Source: a virus
Taxonomy: Duplodnaviria; Caudoviricetes
Reading direction: 5' to 3' (one strand)
IMG/VR virus record: IMGVR_UViG_3300047308_000012
Coordinates: 1 to 37,214 of that record
Length of the DNA stretch: 37,214 nucleotides
Of this stretch, positions 1 through 9,037 are shown piece after piece; within the stretch, counting starts at the first letter, position 1; the number at the start of each line of letters is the position of its first letter. A program made the position numbers and the translations under genes. The notes under the pieces are model-generated. The model was not told the origin of the DNA and searched no databases. It worked only from the letters and a program-made list of their open reading frames with translations.

Positions 1-127
1 GCGCCGTTGTTGTTTGGCAAAATGACCAACGCATACATGCCTGCTAGCAAAGGCGTAGACATTGTGATTTCTTTGGTCCCCGAGCTTTCTAAACCCAACG
101 CGCCTGCGTCAAACACCAGCTTGGTCG
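1..127. repeat. Terminal direct repeat, left copy (circular assembly overlap)
   Basis: 1-127 (gcgccgttgt...cagcttggtcg) is identical to 37088-37214; 127 nt is a common assembler k-mer size. Confidence 0.95.
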
Positions 128-1910
128 GCACACCGTTTTCCATCCGGTAAATGCCCATGTAGGCAAACACGCCGCCCACGCCCGTGGTGACTTGGCATCC
201 CATCTTGGTCCAGACCTGTTGCTGGCGAACAGCAAACGGCATGACATACATCGTGTTGGCGCTCAGTGCCAGCGTACCCGCTGCAAGCGCAGGTGACAAA
301 GTTTCGCCAGCGTAGAAGCGCCCAGCCGCATAACCGCCGTAATTGAAAACGTCGAAGTAGCCGGGGTTATCGCGGATAGTCATCGTGGTGGACAACTTGC
401 CGGGGGCGATGTAGATCGAATCACCAGACGACCAGCTATTGCTGCCCATTTGGTTGTCAGACACAAGCACGTGTTCTGGTGCGCCGCCTACGCCGCCCAC
501 CGTGATGGCCGCAAACGCATCGTTGGCGGGTGCCCACATGTTGTTGGCGACAATGGTGACGTACCGTGGTTGATTTGGACTGGCGGTAAGCGTGATCAAA
601 CTGACGCACGCCGCAGTCGGGAACGTGGCACTGACGCGACCGGGGTTCAGCAGTGTGTTACCGGTCACCGTGACGAAGTTGATGTCGGTCAACGAGATGC
701 TGTCCGAGTCGGTGTCGCCAATGTAGTTGCCTGTGATCGTGACGTTATCGCCTGCAATCTCCAGACCAGACGCCGAGATGTATTTGATGGTCTGGTTGCT
801 GATCCAGTTGTTGGAGACGATGTTGTTGCTGCCGGTCATGTACACGGCAGACTCTTTGTTATTCGCCATGTAGTTGCCGATGACCGACACGCGATTAGCG
901 TTGGCGTACACAGCCGACCAGTTGTTACTCTGGAACGTGTTTTCGGTGATGCTGACATCAAACGAAATAGTCGTGTCAGCAGCAGGTCCAAGCCAAACGG
1001 CAGCACCGCCTTCAATCGTCACGGCGGTGTTACCGCAGTTGGTGAAGAAAGAATTGTTGACGGCGAATGACAAGCAACCCGCTATGACCACGCCGATGTA
1101 TCTAATGTCAAACACTCGGCAGTTGTCCATTAAGCCGTCTTCAACCTTGGCAAACGCAACCAAGCCTTCCAATCGGCTGCTCAAGTTATTGCCGTTAAAG
1201 CCGAGGTTGCGGATTTGGATGCCTTTGTCGGTGTACACATACGCAGTACCCGAAGTGTTCTGGTTACGCAGCAGCGGGGTGCTGCCACCCAGACTTGGCT
1301 GCGCCTTCAAGATAGACGTTGTAGGGTCGTCGCCGTAGACGGTCGTGCCGCTGTACACGATCAACGCGCCGCACAGGTACGTGCCGCTGGGGATGTACAA
1401 AGACTTACCCGCAGCGGCCACAAGCGCGGCTTGCACCGCCGCCGTGTCGTCTGCAATGCCGTTGCCCACAGCGCCAAAGTCTTTAACCGAGATGATCTCG
1501 CGCAGCTTAGTCTGCACAGTACGCGCCGTAGCGCCTGTACCGGATTGAAGAAACCCGACCAAGGACGAACCGCCGGGCGCTGCAAGACTGGCAGCGTATG
1601 CGGTCAAATTGGCTTGCACTGCATCGGCCAATGCTTGGGCAGACGAGATGTTGTCAACAGTCCAAATCTCGACGTTGTTGGCGTCAGTCAGTTTGAACTT
1701 GTAGCTATTGTTGGCAAGCCACACATCTGCCTCGCCACGCGAATCCAGAATGACTGGGTTTGAGTTGGCTGTAACGCCAGTGGAGTCAATGTATGTGGCC
1801 AACGGTGAGCTAGTGCCTGCTGCGTAGGAAAACAGCTTGCCGCCGACCAAAGGAATGCCCGCTGCGGTAAAGAATTGCAGCTTGGGTGCTGGTGAAAGAA
1901 TAGTAGGCAT
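1..1910 (-). CDS. Tailspike / beta-helix depolymerase, 5' part; continues across the junction to 36907 (about 696 aa in total)
   Basis: ATG at 1910 after AAGGA; manual translation begins MPTILSPAPKLQFFTAAGIPLVGGKLFSYAAGT and contains the pectate-lyase-3-like motif ISVKDFGAVGNGIADDTAAVQAA plus Asn-rich beta-helix rungs; in frame with ORF 36907-37203 after circularisation. Confidence 0.88.
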   Translation of the reverse strand, partial: MPTILSPAPKLQFFTAAGIPLVGGKLFSYAAGTSSPLATYIDSTGVTANSNPVILDSRGEADVWLANNSYKFKLTDANNVEIWTVDNISSAQALADAVQANLTAYAASLAAPGGSSLVGFLQSGTGATARTVQTKLREIISVKDFGAVGNGIADDTAAVQAALVAAAGKSLYIPSGTYLCGALIVYSGTTVYGDDPTTSILKAQPSLGGSTPLLRNQNTSGTAYVYTDKGIQIRNLGFNGNNLSSRLEGLVAFAKVEDGLMDNCRVFDIRYIGVVIAGCLSFAVNNSFFTNCGNTAVTIEGGAAVWLGPAADTTISFDVSITENTFQSNNWSAVYANANRVSVIGNYMANNKESAVYMTGSNNIVSNNWISNQTIKYISASGLEIAGDNVTITGNYIGDTDSDSISLTDINFVTVTGNTLLNPGRVSATFPTAACVSLITLTASPNQPRYVTIVANNMWAPANDAFAAITVGGVGGAPEHVLVSDNQMGSNSWSSGDSIYIAPGKLSTTMTIRDNPGYFDVFNYGGYAAGRFYAGETLSPALAAGTLALSANTMYVMPFAVRQQQVWTKMGCQVTTGVGGVFAYMGIYRMENGVPTKLVFDAGALGLESSGTKEITMSTPLLAGMYALVILPNNNG

Positions 1911-1919
1911 ACAGTGTCC

Positions 1920-3344
1920 TTAAATTGCGGCGATTACGAAAGCCAGCAGTTGGTCATATCGAACCCCCAGCCGTGTATGTTCAACAGAGTCTTCTGTCCA
2001 AGTATCTGAACAGAACAACCCATATCTTGTCGGGTCCAGCCCCTCGGCAACAAACGCATCTCGCACGTCTTGTGCAATAACGCCTACGTGTATTCTGGCG
2101 CTGTCACCCTTGGCTTCAACCGCATCGTTAAATTTAAACGTGCGGATCAAACTTTTGAGTCGTTTGGCCACGGCCTGCTCGGCGGCTGTCAACTCGGCGA
2201 CTTGCTGCTTTTGGTTGCCGTCAGACGTGTTGATCGTACCCGTGAATGCGTAGACCACAGTGTACCTAAAAGAAGCCGTGCCGAGTGCAGATACGTTGTC
2301 AGTAAACGGGCGAAATGTGTTGGGATCGACAACAAACCGGCTAGTGCCGGGGCGGGGAGCGCCGGTACACAAAATGATTCCGTTTGTGCCGCCGATGCGC
2401 CCGAACCCTGCTGTCTCGTCAAAGAACGCATTGGCCCCGCCTGCGCCGTCAGATGTGGCGAACACAGTCGATTGCGCTATGTTAGACCATTGAGGCAAGC
2501 CGCTGGTCGGGTTGTAGATCAGCATCTGCCCATATGTGCTGCCTACTCCGGTGGTAAACGCATATGCGCTGCCTGTGCCGTAGGCAATACCGCCAGCATT
2601 TGGTGTGGCCGTGGTGTTTGTGCCGCCGTTGGCAATGGGTAGAGTGCCAGTCACGTTGCTGGCCAGATTGACAAACGTGGTAGACGTAGTGCCTGTACCC
2701 CCGTTGGCGATAGGCAAAGTGCCAGTCACGTTGCTGGCGAGGTTGACAAACGTGGATGACGTGCTGCCTGTACCGCCGTTGGCTGTGCCCAGCGTGCCCG
2801 CCATCGTAATGGTTCCGGCAGTGGTGATCGGACCGCCAGAAAAAGTAAGACCCGTAGTTCCACCGGCCACGTCAACGCTGGTGACTGTGCCCGTTGCAGG
2901 GGCAAACGGCGGCGTTTGCTCCAGTGCCTGAACAGCAGTCTTTAAATTTGCAACTTCCGACACAAGCGATGAATTGCTTGGTGATAGCAACACATCTTGC
3001 ACATGAGACTGCAAAACCGCAATATCGGACAACAGCCCGGACAAGGACGGCCCGACCTCCAAGTCTTGCAGCCGGTTATATACGATGTTGATGATCTCGC
3101 CCGCCGATGGTGGCAGCGGGTTCAACGCCAAAGCCTGTATGGCTTTCTGAATCTCAGCGATCTGCGCCTCTGCGGTGGTGGGCGGTGGGCCGACCATCAG
3201 GTCGGTTATGGACACGTTGCTGCTGCCGCTGCCTGTCAGCGTGAACAGGTTCAGCAAAAACCGATACCACTCACGCGAGATAAGCCCGGTCTTCTCGTCA
3301 ATAAACGCTACGCGAAGCGCAGGGATTTGCGTGACGTTAAGCAT
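1920..3344 (-). CDS. Tail needle/fibre protein with C-terminal intramolecular chaperone (peptidase S74-like)
   Basis: 474 aa; N-terminal ISREWYRFL then coiled-coil, GTLPIANGGTG repeats, C-terminal TSDGNQK...HVGVIAQDV...GVRYDQL; directly follows the gp10-like gene. Confidence 0.8.
   Translation of the reverse strand: MLNVTQIPALRVAFIDEKTGLISREWYRFLLNLFTLTGSGSSNVSITDLMVGPPPTTAEAQIAEIQKAIQALALNPLPPSAGEIINIVYNRLQDLEVGPSLSGLLSDIAVLQSHVQDVLLSPSNSSLVSEVANLKTAVQALEQTPPFAPATGTVTSVDVAGGTTGLTFSGGPITTAGTITMAGTLGTANGGTGSTSSTFVNLASNVTGTLPIANGGTGTTSTTFVNLASNVTGTLPIANGGTNTTATPNAGGIAYGTGSAYAFTTGVGSTYGQMLIYNPTSGLPQWSNIAQSTVFATSDGAGGANAFFDETAGFGRIGGTNGIILCTGAPRPGTSRFVVDPNTFRPFTDNVSALGTASFRYTVVYAFTGTINTSDGNQKQQVAELTAAEQAVAKRLKSLIRTFKFNDAVEAKGDSARIHVGVIAQDVRDAFVAEGLDPTRYGLFCSDTWTEDSVEHTRLGVRYDQLLAFVIAAI
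2626..2785 (-). repeat. 75-nt (25-aa) coding tandem repeat in fibre shaft
   Basis: ccgttggc recurs at 2626, 2701 and 2776; TFVNLASNVTGTLPIANGGT occurs twice. Confidence 0.85.
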
Positions 3345-4857
3345 TGGTCGGACTCAAAATCAGTTCAGCGCCCATGATGGCGATCTTGATGGGGTCAGTG
3401 CCCGACAGTTCGTACACCCGGTCACGCAGCTTGAGCGTCATGCCCAATCGACGCCAGAAGATACGAGTGCCATACGCGCCCACAGCGCCGCCCCCAGCCC
3501 AGTGCTCGTTGGACCATGTGTGGCCACCATCGTCTGACCAACGCAGCATGAACTGCGGGGCCAAGTTGACCAGCAAGCCCACTTCGTCAATCAGCGAGAT
3601 GCCGGACTCGGTGACAATGTGGTCTGATTCTTCAGTGGTCAGATAGACAGGCTCTGTTGTAGGGGCTAGGTAGTGCCCCGCCTCTGCGTCCAATTGGAGG
3701 CTGTGGTGCGCAGTACGCTTAAGATCGTTCTGCCCCGTAGGCAGCGCCCGCCACGACCGCAGCCAGCGTTGAATCTGACCAGCGTCTGCGTACACATCCA
3801 AGTCGAATGCGTAGATTTTGCCGTCACGGTAGTCACCCACAACAATCTCGTCGTTGTACGCCATTTGGCAATTCGACCAGTGACGGGTGAACTGGCCTTG
3901 GGTAAAGCCAGCACGCTCATGCCATGCCTGAGTCGAAGCATCGTAGACCCAAGTCGTGTTGGCCGAAGGGAAGATCAGGACGTAGAAGGCGTGGCCGTCT
4001 TGCTGGTACGTGTACGCAATAGCGTCCGACAGGTTGCCGTACTGCTGGATTTGCCACTCTACGGCGTGGGTTGAGACCCGCACGCCCGTGTAGCCGTTGG
4101 CCCGGTAGACAATGCCACGGCCACGGGCGTCAGCGCCCAGCCAAAACAGGCCGTTGTCCATCTTGGCCACCGAGTAGGGGGCAATACAGCCAATCTCGTT
4201 AAACGCGCCTTGGATGCGCTGCAAAGGGAAGTCCAACGTGCCTGCGTTGTACCAAACCTCGACCGAGTTGGTTCCAAACAGCCACGCTTCGCGGTGGTCA
4301 ACAATCAGCGACACCAGACCGTCTGGCGCACCTTCTGCACTGGCAAACTCTAGCGGGTCAATGGACAAGCCGTCCAGCAGACTCGTCACCCACACACGTT
4401 GGCTGTCGGGTTCGTTGAAGACAAAGTAACCGTCTAGGTAACCAACAATCACAGCGCCGGGAAAATCCGGGTCACTGATCTGCTGGTACACCTTGGTGTT
4501 GTCGTTGTAGATGTAGCTGGGGCCGTTGGCCGCAATGAAAATCTGCGTGCCGTTGTCGGCGATGCTGACAGGGCCAGTGCCTGCCACGCTGCCCAGCAGC
4601 GTAGGCGTCCACGATGTATTGATCTTGTAAAACTCATTGCCCGACACAACGTAGCCAACGCCGTTCATTTGCCACAGGCCACGGACTGGACCTGCGCCTA
4701 CGGTGGCCAGTGTACGCAGGCCGGGGGCACGCTGCAAAAAGGCAGGCTCTTTGCCCGCCTCGGGGATGATCTCGGGGAACAAGTTGACCATACGCGCATC
4801 CGCAGCATTGACGCTGCGGGCAACGTAGGTGCTGCCAAGGATGGGCGTCTTCATCAA
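3337..4857 (-). CDS. P22 gp10-like packaged-DNA stabilisation / tail hub protein
   Basis: 506 aa; FASAEGAPDGLV, YTYQQDGHAFYVL, MLRWSDDGGHTWSNE, WRRLG; position after the adaptor gene. Confidence 0.85.
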   Translation of the reverse strand: MMKTPILGSTYVARSVNAADARMVNLFPEIIPEAGKEPAFLQRAPGLRTLATVGAGPVRGLWQMNGVGYVVSGNEFYKINTSWTPTLLGSVAGTGPVSIADNGTQIFIAANGPSYIYNDNTKVYQQISDPDFPGAVIVGYLDGYFVFNEPDSQRVWVTSLLDGLSIDPLEFASAEGAPDGLVSLIVDHREAWLFGTNSVEVWYNAGTLDFPLQRIQGAFNEIGCIAPYSVAKMDNGLFWLGADARGRGIVYRANGYTGVRVSTHAVEWQIQQYGNLSDAIAYTYQQDGHAFYVLIFPSANTTWVYDASTQAWHERAGFTQGQFTRHWSNCQMAYNDEIVVGDYRDGKIYAFDLDVYADAGQIQRWLRSWRALPTGQNDLKRTAHHSLQLDAEAGHYLAPTTEPVYLTTEESDHIVTESGISLIDEVGLLVNLAPQFMLRWSDDGGHTWSNEHWAGGGAVGAYGTRIFWRRLGMTLKLRDRVYELSGTDPIKIAIMGAELILSPTNA

Positions 4858-5567
4858 TAGTTACCAGCGTAGATGTTGAAACGCTGACGGTTCGCCACAA
4901 TCGCATATGGCAACGACATGATGTCATCAGGGTTGTTGATGCGCTTCAAATCACGCTTGGCGGTCATGGCGATGCGCTTGACCTGCGGGCTTGGCTCGAC
5001 ACCAAACTCAGGTGCGATCTCCATCGCCAAGTTGTACGTGAACGCACGCAGATAACCCGGTGGGAAATGCAAAGTTGTCGCCAATGTGGCAGGCTGATTT
5101 AGTTCATTGACCGATACGAAGTGCCACTCCAAGTCCTGAGTTGGACGTGGGTAAATAAACATCTCAGCGTTGGGATACGTCATGTTGACGAAGATCACCT
5201 GCGGGAATGTAGACGTTACGGTCTTGACCGCAATGCCGTTGTACTGCTGCTGGTTGATGAACTTGATGCCGTATGACACGCCGTTAGGCGCTTTGAAATA
5301 CGTGGCATCGTCAAACAGGACGGGGCGATTGCCCACAAAGTCGCCCGATGGGCCAAGCGTGCGGCTAATAAGACCGGACGGCCAAGTGAACACTTGGTCT
5401 TGGGTAGAGAAGACTGACAGGCGCTCGATGTTCCACGACTCAATCATTTGATTGAGCGCCATCATGCAATCTTGGGAGACAACAGCAGAGGGTGTTTCAC
5501 CTTCGGCAAGAACGCCGAGCAACCTAAGTGCCCGATTGATTTGCTCACCAGCGGTGTACGTTGCCAT
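4854..5567 (-). CDS. Head-tail adaptor (P22 gp4-like)
   Basis: 237 aa; INRALRLLGVLAEGETP...ALNQMIESW...YNLAMEIAPEFG; synteny. Confidence 0.75.
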   Translation of the reverse strand: MATYTAGEQINRALRLLGVLAEGETPSAVVSQDCMMALNQMIESWNIERLSVFSTQDQVFTWPSGLISRTLGPSGDFVGNRPVLFDDATYFKAPNGVSYGIKFINQQQYNGIAVKTVTSTFPQVIFVNMTYPNAEMFIYPRPTQDLEWHFVSVNELNQPATLATTLHFPPGYLRAFTYNLAMEIAPEFGVEPSPQVKRIAMTAKRDLKRINNPDDIMSLPYAIVANRQRFNIYAGNY

Positions 5568-5569
5568 GC

Positions 5570-5758
5570 TCAGACTCCTTCGGTTTCACCTTTACGGGTG
5601 TATTTGCGTTTTGCAACAAGCGTGTTGGCCGCTTCTTCGGGAGCCGAAGGCGTGTCTGGATTATAACGAGTCCAGCCATTTTTTTCGTCTGCCTCAACTT
5701 CGGCTTCCATTGTTGCAACTTTAGCGCCGTGGAGGGGATGTACGAGTGTGACGTTCAT
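5570..5758 (-). CDS. Small hypothetical head-associated protein
   Basis: 62-aa ORF packed between co-oriented structural genes. Confidence 0.65.
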   Translation of the reverse strand: MNVTLVHPLHGAKVATMEAEVEADEKNGWTRYNPDTPSAPEEAANTLVAKRKYTRKGETEGV

Positions 5759-5765
5759 ATTTGAA

Positions 5766-5789
5766 AAACAGGGACCGAAGTCCCCGTTT
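5766..5789 (-). terminator. Intrinsic terminator with CUUCGG loop
   Basis: minus strand aaacggggac-TTCG-gtccctgttttt just after the stop at 5794. Confidence 0.75.
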
Positions 5790-5793
5790 AGAT

Positions 5794-6207
5794 TTACAGC
5801 ACGTGGATAACGGCAAAGTTGATGACAACTGCCTCGGACAACGCGCCGCCCGAAAGGTTACGCAATGTGATTGTGCAACTTCCAGTAGCCTTGCCGGAAA
5901 TCCAGCAGTTGTATGCACCAGCAGTAGCGCCGGAGGACACGCTTAACGTCACAACATCTTTGGCAGAAATTGTGCTGTTGGTCAAGGTGAACGAGACGTT
6001 GGTGACGTTTGCCAGTTCAGCGCCGTTCATCGTAATCTGGCCAGCAGACTTGTTCAAAGTTACGCCAGTCGATTTGCTTGTCAATTGGGTTACTGTACCA
6101 CTTGCTTCTGCGGTATAGCCCAACTCACCACCAGACAGCACAAGGTCAGACCCAACGATGTTCTGGTCTTCAAAAGCAACGCCAATTGGTTTGGTATTAG
6201 AGGACAT
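5794..6207 (-). CDS. Putative capsid decoration / minor virion protein
   Basis: Likely start MSSNTKP at 6207 after AAAGGA; beta-rich, downstream of the coat gene. Confidence 0.65.
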   Translation of the reverse strand: MSSNTKPIGVAFEDQNIVGSDLVLSGGELGYTAEASGTVTQLTSKSTGVTLNKSAGQITMNGAELANVTNVSFTLTNSTISAKDVVTLSVSSGATAGAYNCWISGKATGSCTITLRNLSGGALSEAVVINFAVIHVL

Positions 6208-6219
6208 GATTTTTCCTTT

Positions 6220-6245
6220 AAAAATGGGGACCGAAGCCCCCATTT
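6220..6245 (-). terminator. Intrinsic terminator with CUUCGG loop
   Basis: minus strand aaatggggc-TTCG-gtccccattttt. Confidence 0.7.
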
Positions 6246-6249
6246 AGGT

Positions 6250-6645
6250 TTAGCTGATGCGGTAGCAAGTCCAAGTACCGTCACCCGTTTTACGAGCGCG
6301 GAAGTGAGCAGAAGTGCCCAAGGCAACAGCGGCAGCGCCGACGATTGTCCAGCCAGTGCCAACAGTCAACGTGACAGCGTCTGCACCATCAGTGTTGATG
6401 ACGAAGAAGTCAAATGCTGCGTTAACTTTGGCGGCGCTAGAAATGTCAGCCTCGACGAGTGCCACGGTGGGCAAAGTCAAGTTACCGGCAGTGCCGTTGA
6501 ACACAAACAAACCGTTGGCCAGTTCAGCAGACGTCATTGTCGCAGCAGCAGCTACGGTAGTAGGAGCGCCTTGCACAAACAGTTGTGCTTCACCGACATT
6601 ACCGTCACCAATTTGATAACCACCTGCACCATTAGGGAGAGCCAT
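6250..6645 (-). CDS. Putative capsid cement/decoration protein
   Basis: 131 aa, Ala/Thr/Gly-rich, LTLPT motif, immediately after the coat gene, AAAGGA RBS. Confidence 0.65.
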   Translation of the reverse strand: MALPNGAGGYQIGDGNVGEAQLFVQGAPTTVAAAATMTSAELANGLFVFNGTAGNLTLPTVALVEADISSAAKVNAAFDFFVINTDGADAVTLTVGTGWTIVGAAAVALGTSAHFRARKTGDGTWTCYRIS

Positions 6646-6677
6646 GATAATTTCCTTTAAAAAGAGTAAAACGAGTG

Positions 6678-6696
6678 AAAGGGGGCCGAAGCCCCC
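6678..6696 (-). terminator. Terminator/attenuator hairpin after coat gene
   Basis: minus strand GGGGGC-TTCG-GCCCCC-TTT. Confidence 0.7.
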
Positions 6697-6704
6697 GTTT
6701 CAAT

Positions 6705-7913
6705 TTAGCCCCACATGCGGACGCCCATTTGTGGGCGAATCACGCTGTAGCCGTACAGAACGTCGATACGGCAAGGCAGGCGGTCGTTGTTGATGTCGTA
6801 CTGACGCACGATACGCAGGCTGATACCGTTGTGAACGGCACGAGCAGCCATGTCAACACCTTGTGGCAACAGCAAGTCAGCAGTTGCGAAGGTGATGGCA
6901 TCTTTGTGGTACACCAAGTTCTGGGAGTACTGGGTAGATGCTGCACCAACGAACACGACAGCTTTGCCGTTTTGTGGCAGCACGTCCACGGTAGCCAAAG
7001 CATTGCCAGCCGAGTACATAGGAGCCACAGTGATTGTGCCAGCGCCGGAACCGTTCAAGGTCACGTCAGCAGCAGCAACGAACTGGAACAACGAACCAGT
7101 GGATTCACGGGTTTGTGGGTTCACAGCAAAGCAGTCAGCCACAGTGAAAACGTCACCTTGCTTGACCACGCCAGCGTTGCCGCCACCGGTGATTACGATA
7201 GATGTTGCGCCTTCAGCAGTCACAGCAGCGGACAAAGTAGCACCAGTAGCGCCACGTGAACCGGTTGTGAATTGCTTGATCGACTGAGACATGTTGATCT
7301 CGTCATAGCCCAACACGCCAGTGCCCATCATGCCGTTCTTGAACTGCTTGCTGATGGTGTCGGTTGGGTTAAACAGACCTTTCAAGCCTTCAACCAAACC
7401 AGCGTTAGCGGCAGGGTTGACGGTAGCGTAACGTGGGGACATCACGGCAGCGTTCTCGTTCAGCTTCTGCTGGGCTTGCAACAGCACCAAAGAAGTCGAA
7501 GGAGTGGAGCCGGGAGTACCAACGGTGTTACCGATGTACTTGTAGCTGTTAGCCACGTCAGCATCAATGCTGGAGGCCAACTGGCTGATACGTGGCTTCA
7601 ACACACGCTCTGCGAAGTCGTCCAACTGCATGGTCAATTCAGCGGATGTGAAGTTGACGCCGATGTGCTTTTGGCTGGAGACAGTCAAAGTGGTGAACTG
7701 TTCGTTGTCGTCCTGAACTTGCAGGGCAGCACCGTCAGTTACCAAAGCGCGGTCGGGCAAACGGATACGCAGTGTAGAACCGATCTTTGCGCCTTCAACA
7801 GCGAAAGAGTCGTCATACTGACGGTTCACGTTACGGGTGATCACAAGGTTGTTCTCGAGGATTTCGAGGCTTTTCCGTGTGATCATGTCAATGGTCAGAA
7901 TACTGTTAGACAT
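6705..7913 (-). CDS. Major capsid protein (P22 coat gp5 family)
   Basis: 402 aa; MSNSILTIDMIT...KIGSTLRIRLP...RIDVLYG; follows the scaffold gene. Confidence 0.9.
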   Translation of the reverse strand: MSNSILTIDMITRKSLEILENNLVITRNVNRQYDDSFAVEGAKIGSTLRIRLPDRALVTDGAALQVQDDNEQFTTLTVSSQKHIGVNFTSAELTMQLDDFAERVLKPRISQLASSIDADVANSYKYIGNTVGTPGSTPSTSLVLLQAQQKLNENAAVMSPRYATVNPAANAGLVEGLKGLFNPTDTISKQFKNGMMGTGVLGYDEINMSQSIKQFTTGSRGATGATLSAAVTAEGATSIVITGGGNAGVVKQGDVFTVADCFAVNPQTRESTGSLFQFVAAADVTLNGSGAGTITVAPMYSAGNALATVDVLPQNGKAVVFVGAASTQYSQNLVYHKDAITFATADLLLPQGVDMAARAVHNGISLRIVRQYDINNDRLPCRIDVLYGYSVIRPQMGVRMWG

Positions 7914-7934
7914 TTCAAAAGTCCTTTAAAAAAT

Positions 7935-8723
7935 TTAGCGGTTCTGCGCTTCCCACTTCTTTAGCTGGCGTCTGCGTTCAGCTTCAATCCACTGCGAATC
8001 CGTCATGGTCTTGGTAGACCGTGGGTCCGTTGTGTCATAAGCTGGCGCTCCAGAGGAGCGTGCAGTCACCGGCGAAATTGGCGCTGGCGCAGATGTTGTT
8101 TTTTTGACCGGGGGCGCTGAAACCAATTTGGCCTCAATTTTCCCGATCTCTTTCGCCTGACCCAAGGGCGTCATGCGTGAGATACGTTCCGCTTCTTTAG
8201 GGTTGGTTCCGAGGTAGTACGCTAACTCAGGGCCAATCTCCGAAGACTGAATTGTTTCAGCCATCACGTTTGTAATTGGCAGCTTGGGGTTGTAGGCGAC
8301 TTGTTCAAAGTCGTCGTACTTGGCCATCGCCGCTTCTTCCAAATCCTGATAACTCTCAAGAACTTGCGATTGCTGCTTGGCTGCTTCCCGCTTGGCGATC
8401 AGTTCTTCGGCTTTCTGGAGGGCCAGTGCTTCCGCATAGGCTTCAGTGGACTCAAACTGGTCAGCGGTGGCAGCGGGGGCAGTTTTCAGAATCTGCGTTT
8501 CCGCTTGCTTCTGTGCTTGCTCTCGTTCCCACTTACGTTGCTCTCTTGCGAGGCGTTTGCCGATCATCGCGTCAATTTCAGCTTGCGTATAAGTTTTTTC
8601 CGCAGCTTCGTTGTTCTGATTCTCAGCGACTTCCGGCGTACTTTCAGCAACTTCAGGTGTGGCCGTCACATCCGTGGTTGGCGCGGAGTCTACTTCCGCT
8701 AGGGCTTGGACTTCTTCAGTCAT
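7935..8723 (-). CDS. Scaffolding protein
   Basis: 262 aa, acidic/Ala-rich coiled coil; GPELAYYLGTNPKEAERI, KKTTSAPAPISPV; upstream of coat. Confidence 0.82.
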   Translation of the reverse strand: MTEEVQALAEVDSAPTTDVTATPEVAESTPEVAENQNNEAAEKTYTQAEIDAMIGKRLAREQRKWEREQAQKQAETQILKTAPAATADQFESTEAYAEALALQKAEELIAKREAAKQQSQVLESYQDLEEAAMAKYDDFEQVAYNPKLPITNVMAETIQSSEIGPELAYYLGTNPKEAERISRMTPLGQAKEIGKIEAKLVSAPPVKKTTSAPAPISPVTARSSGAPAYDTTDPRSTKTMTDSQWIEAERRRQLKKWEAQNR

Positions 8724-8768
8724 TTGATGAACCTTTCGATTCCCTGATGTGCTGCATCAGTACAGATA

Positions 8769-8797
8769 ATATTACTGCAATTGTTCCGCAGGCTCAA
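8769..8797 (-). promoter_or_regulatory. Putative sigma70 promoter for scaffold/coat genes
   Basis: TTGAGC-17 nt-TAATAT on the minus strand, about 45 nt upstream of the scaffold ATG. Confidence 0.45.
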
Positions 8798-8987
8798 GTT
8801 TTTCTTTGAGCAAGCGGAAAAAAGCATCCCGACCGACTTGGAGTTGATCCACGTTGAATCTGGCAGAGTTTAATTTTCTATCCAGATCGGCCACATGGTT
8901 CAAGAGCATTTGCTGCTCTGTCGTCATGTCTTCGACTGTGTATTCAACGTCATCAATAGTCACAGGGGTCTTTTTTTCGTTTCCCAT
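8772..8987 (-). CDS. Small coiled-coil protein, probably fibre-associated
   Basis: 71 aa with AAAGGA RBS; downstream of the fibre genes. Confidence 0.7.
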   Translation of the reverse strand: MGNEKKTPVTIDDVEYTVEDMTTEQQMLLNHVADLDRKLNSARFNVDQLQVGRDAFFRLLKEKLEPAEQLQ

Positions 8988-9037
8988 GATATTTCCTTTA
9001 GTGTGCCACCAAAATCGGGTGGTGGCTTCCCGTTAAC

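Noticed and set aside
8729-8762. Hammerhead ribozyme (CTGATG...GAAA)
   Set aside because: Core reads CUGAUGC rather than CUGAnGA, and those bases are paired in their own stem
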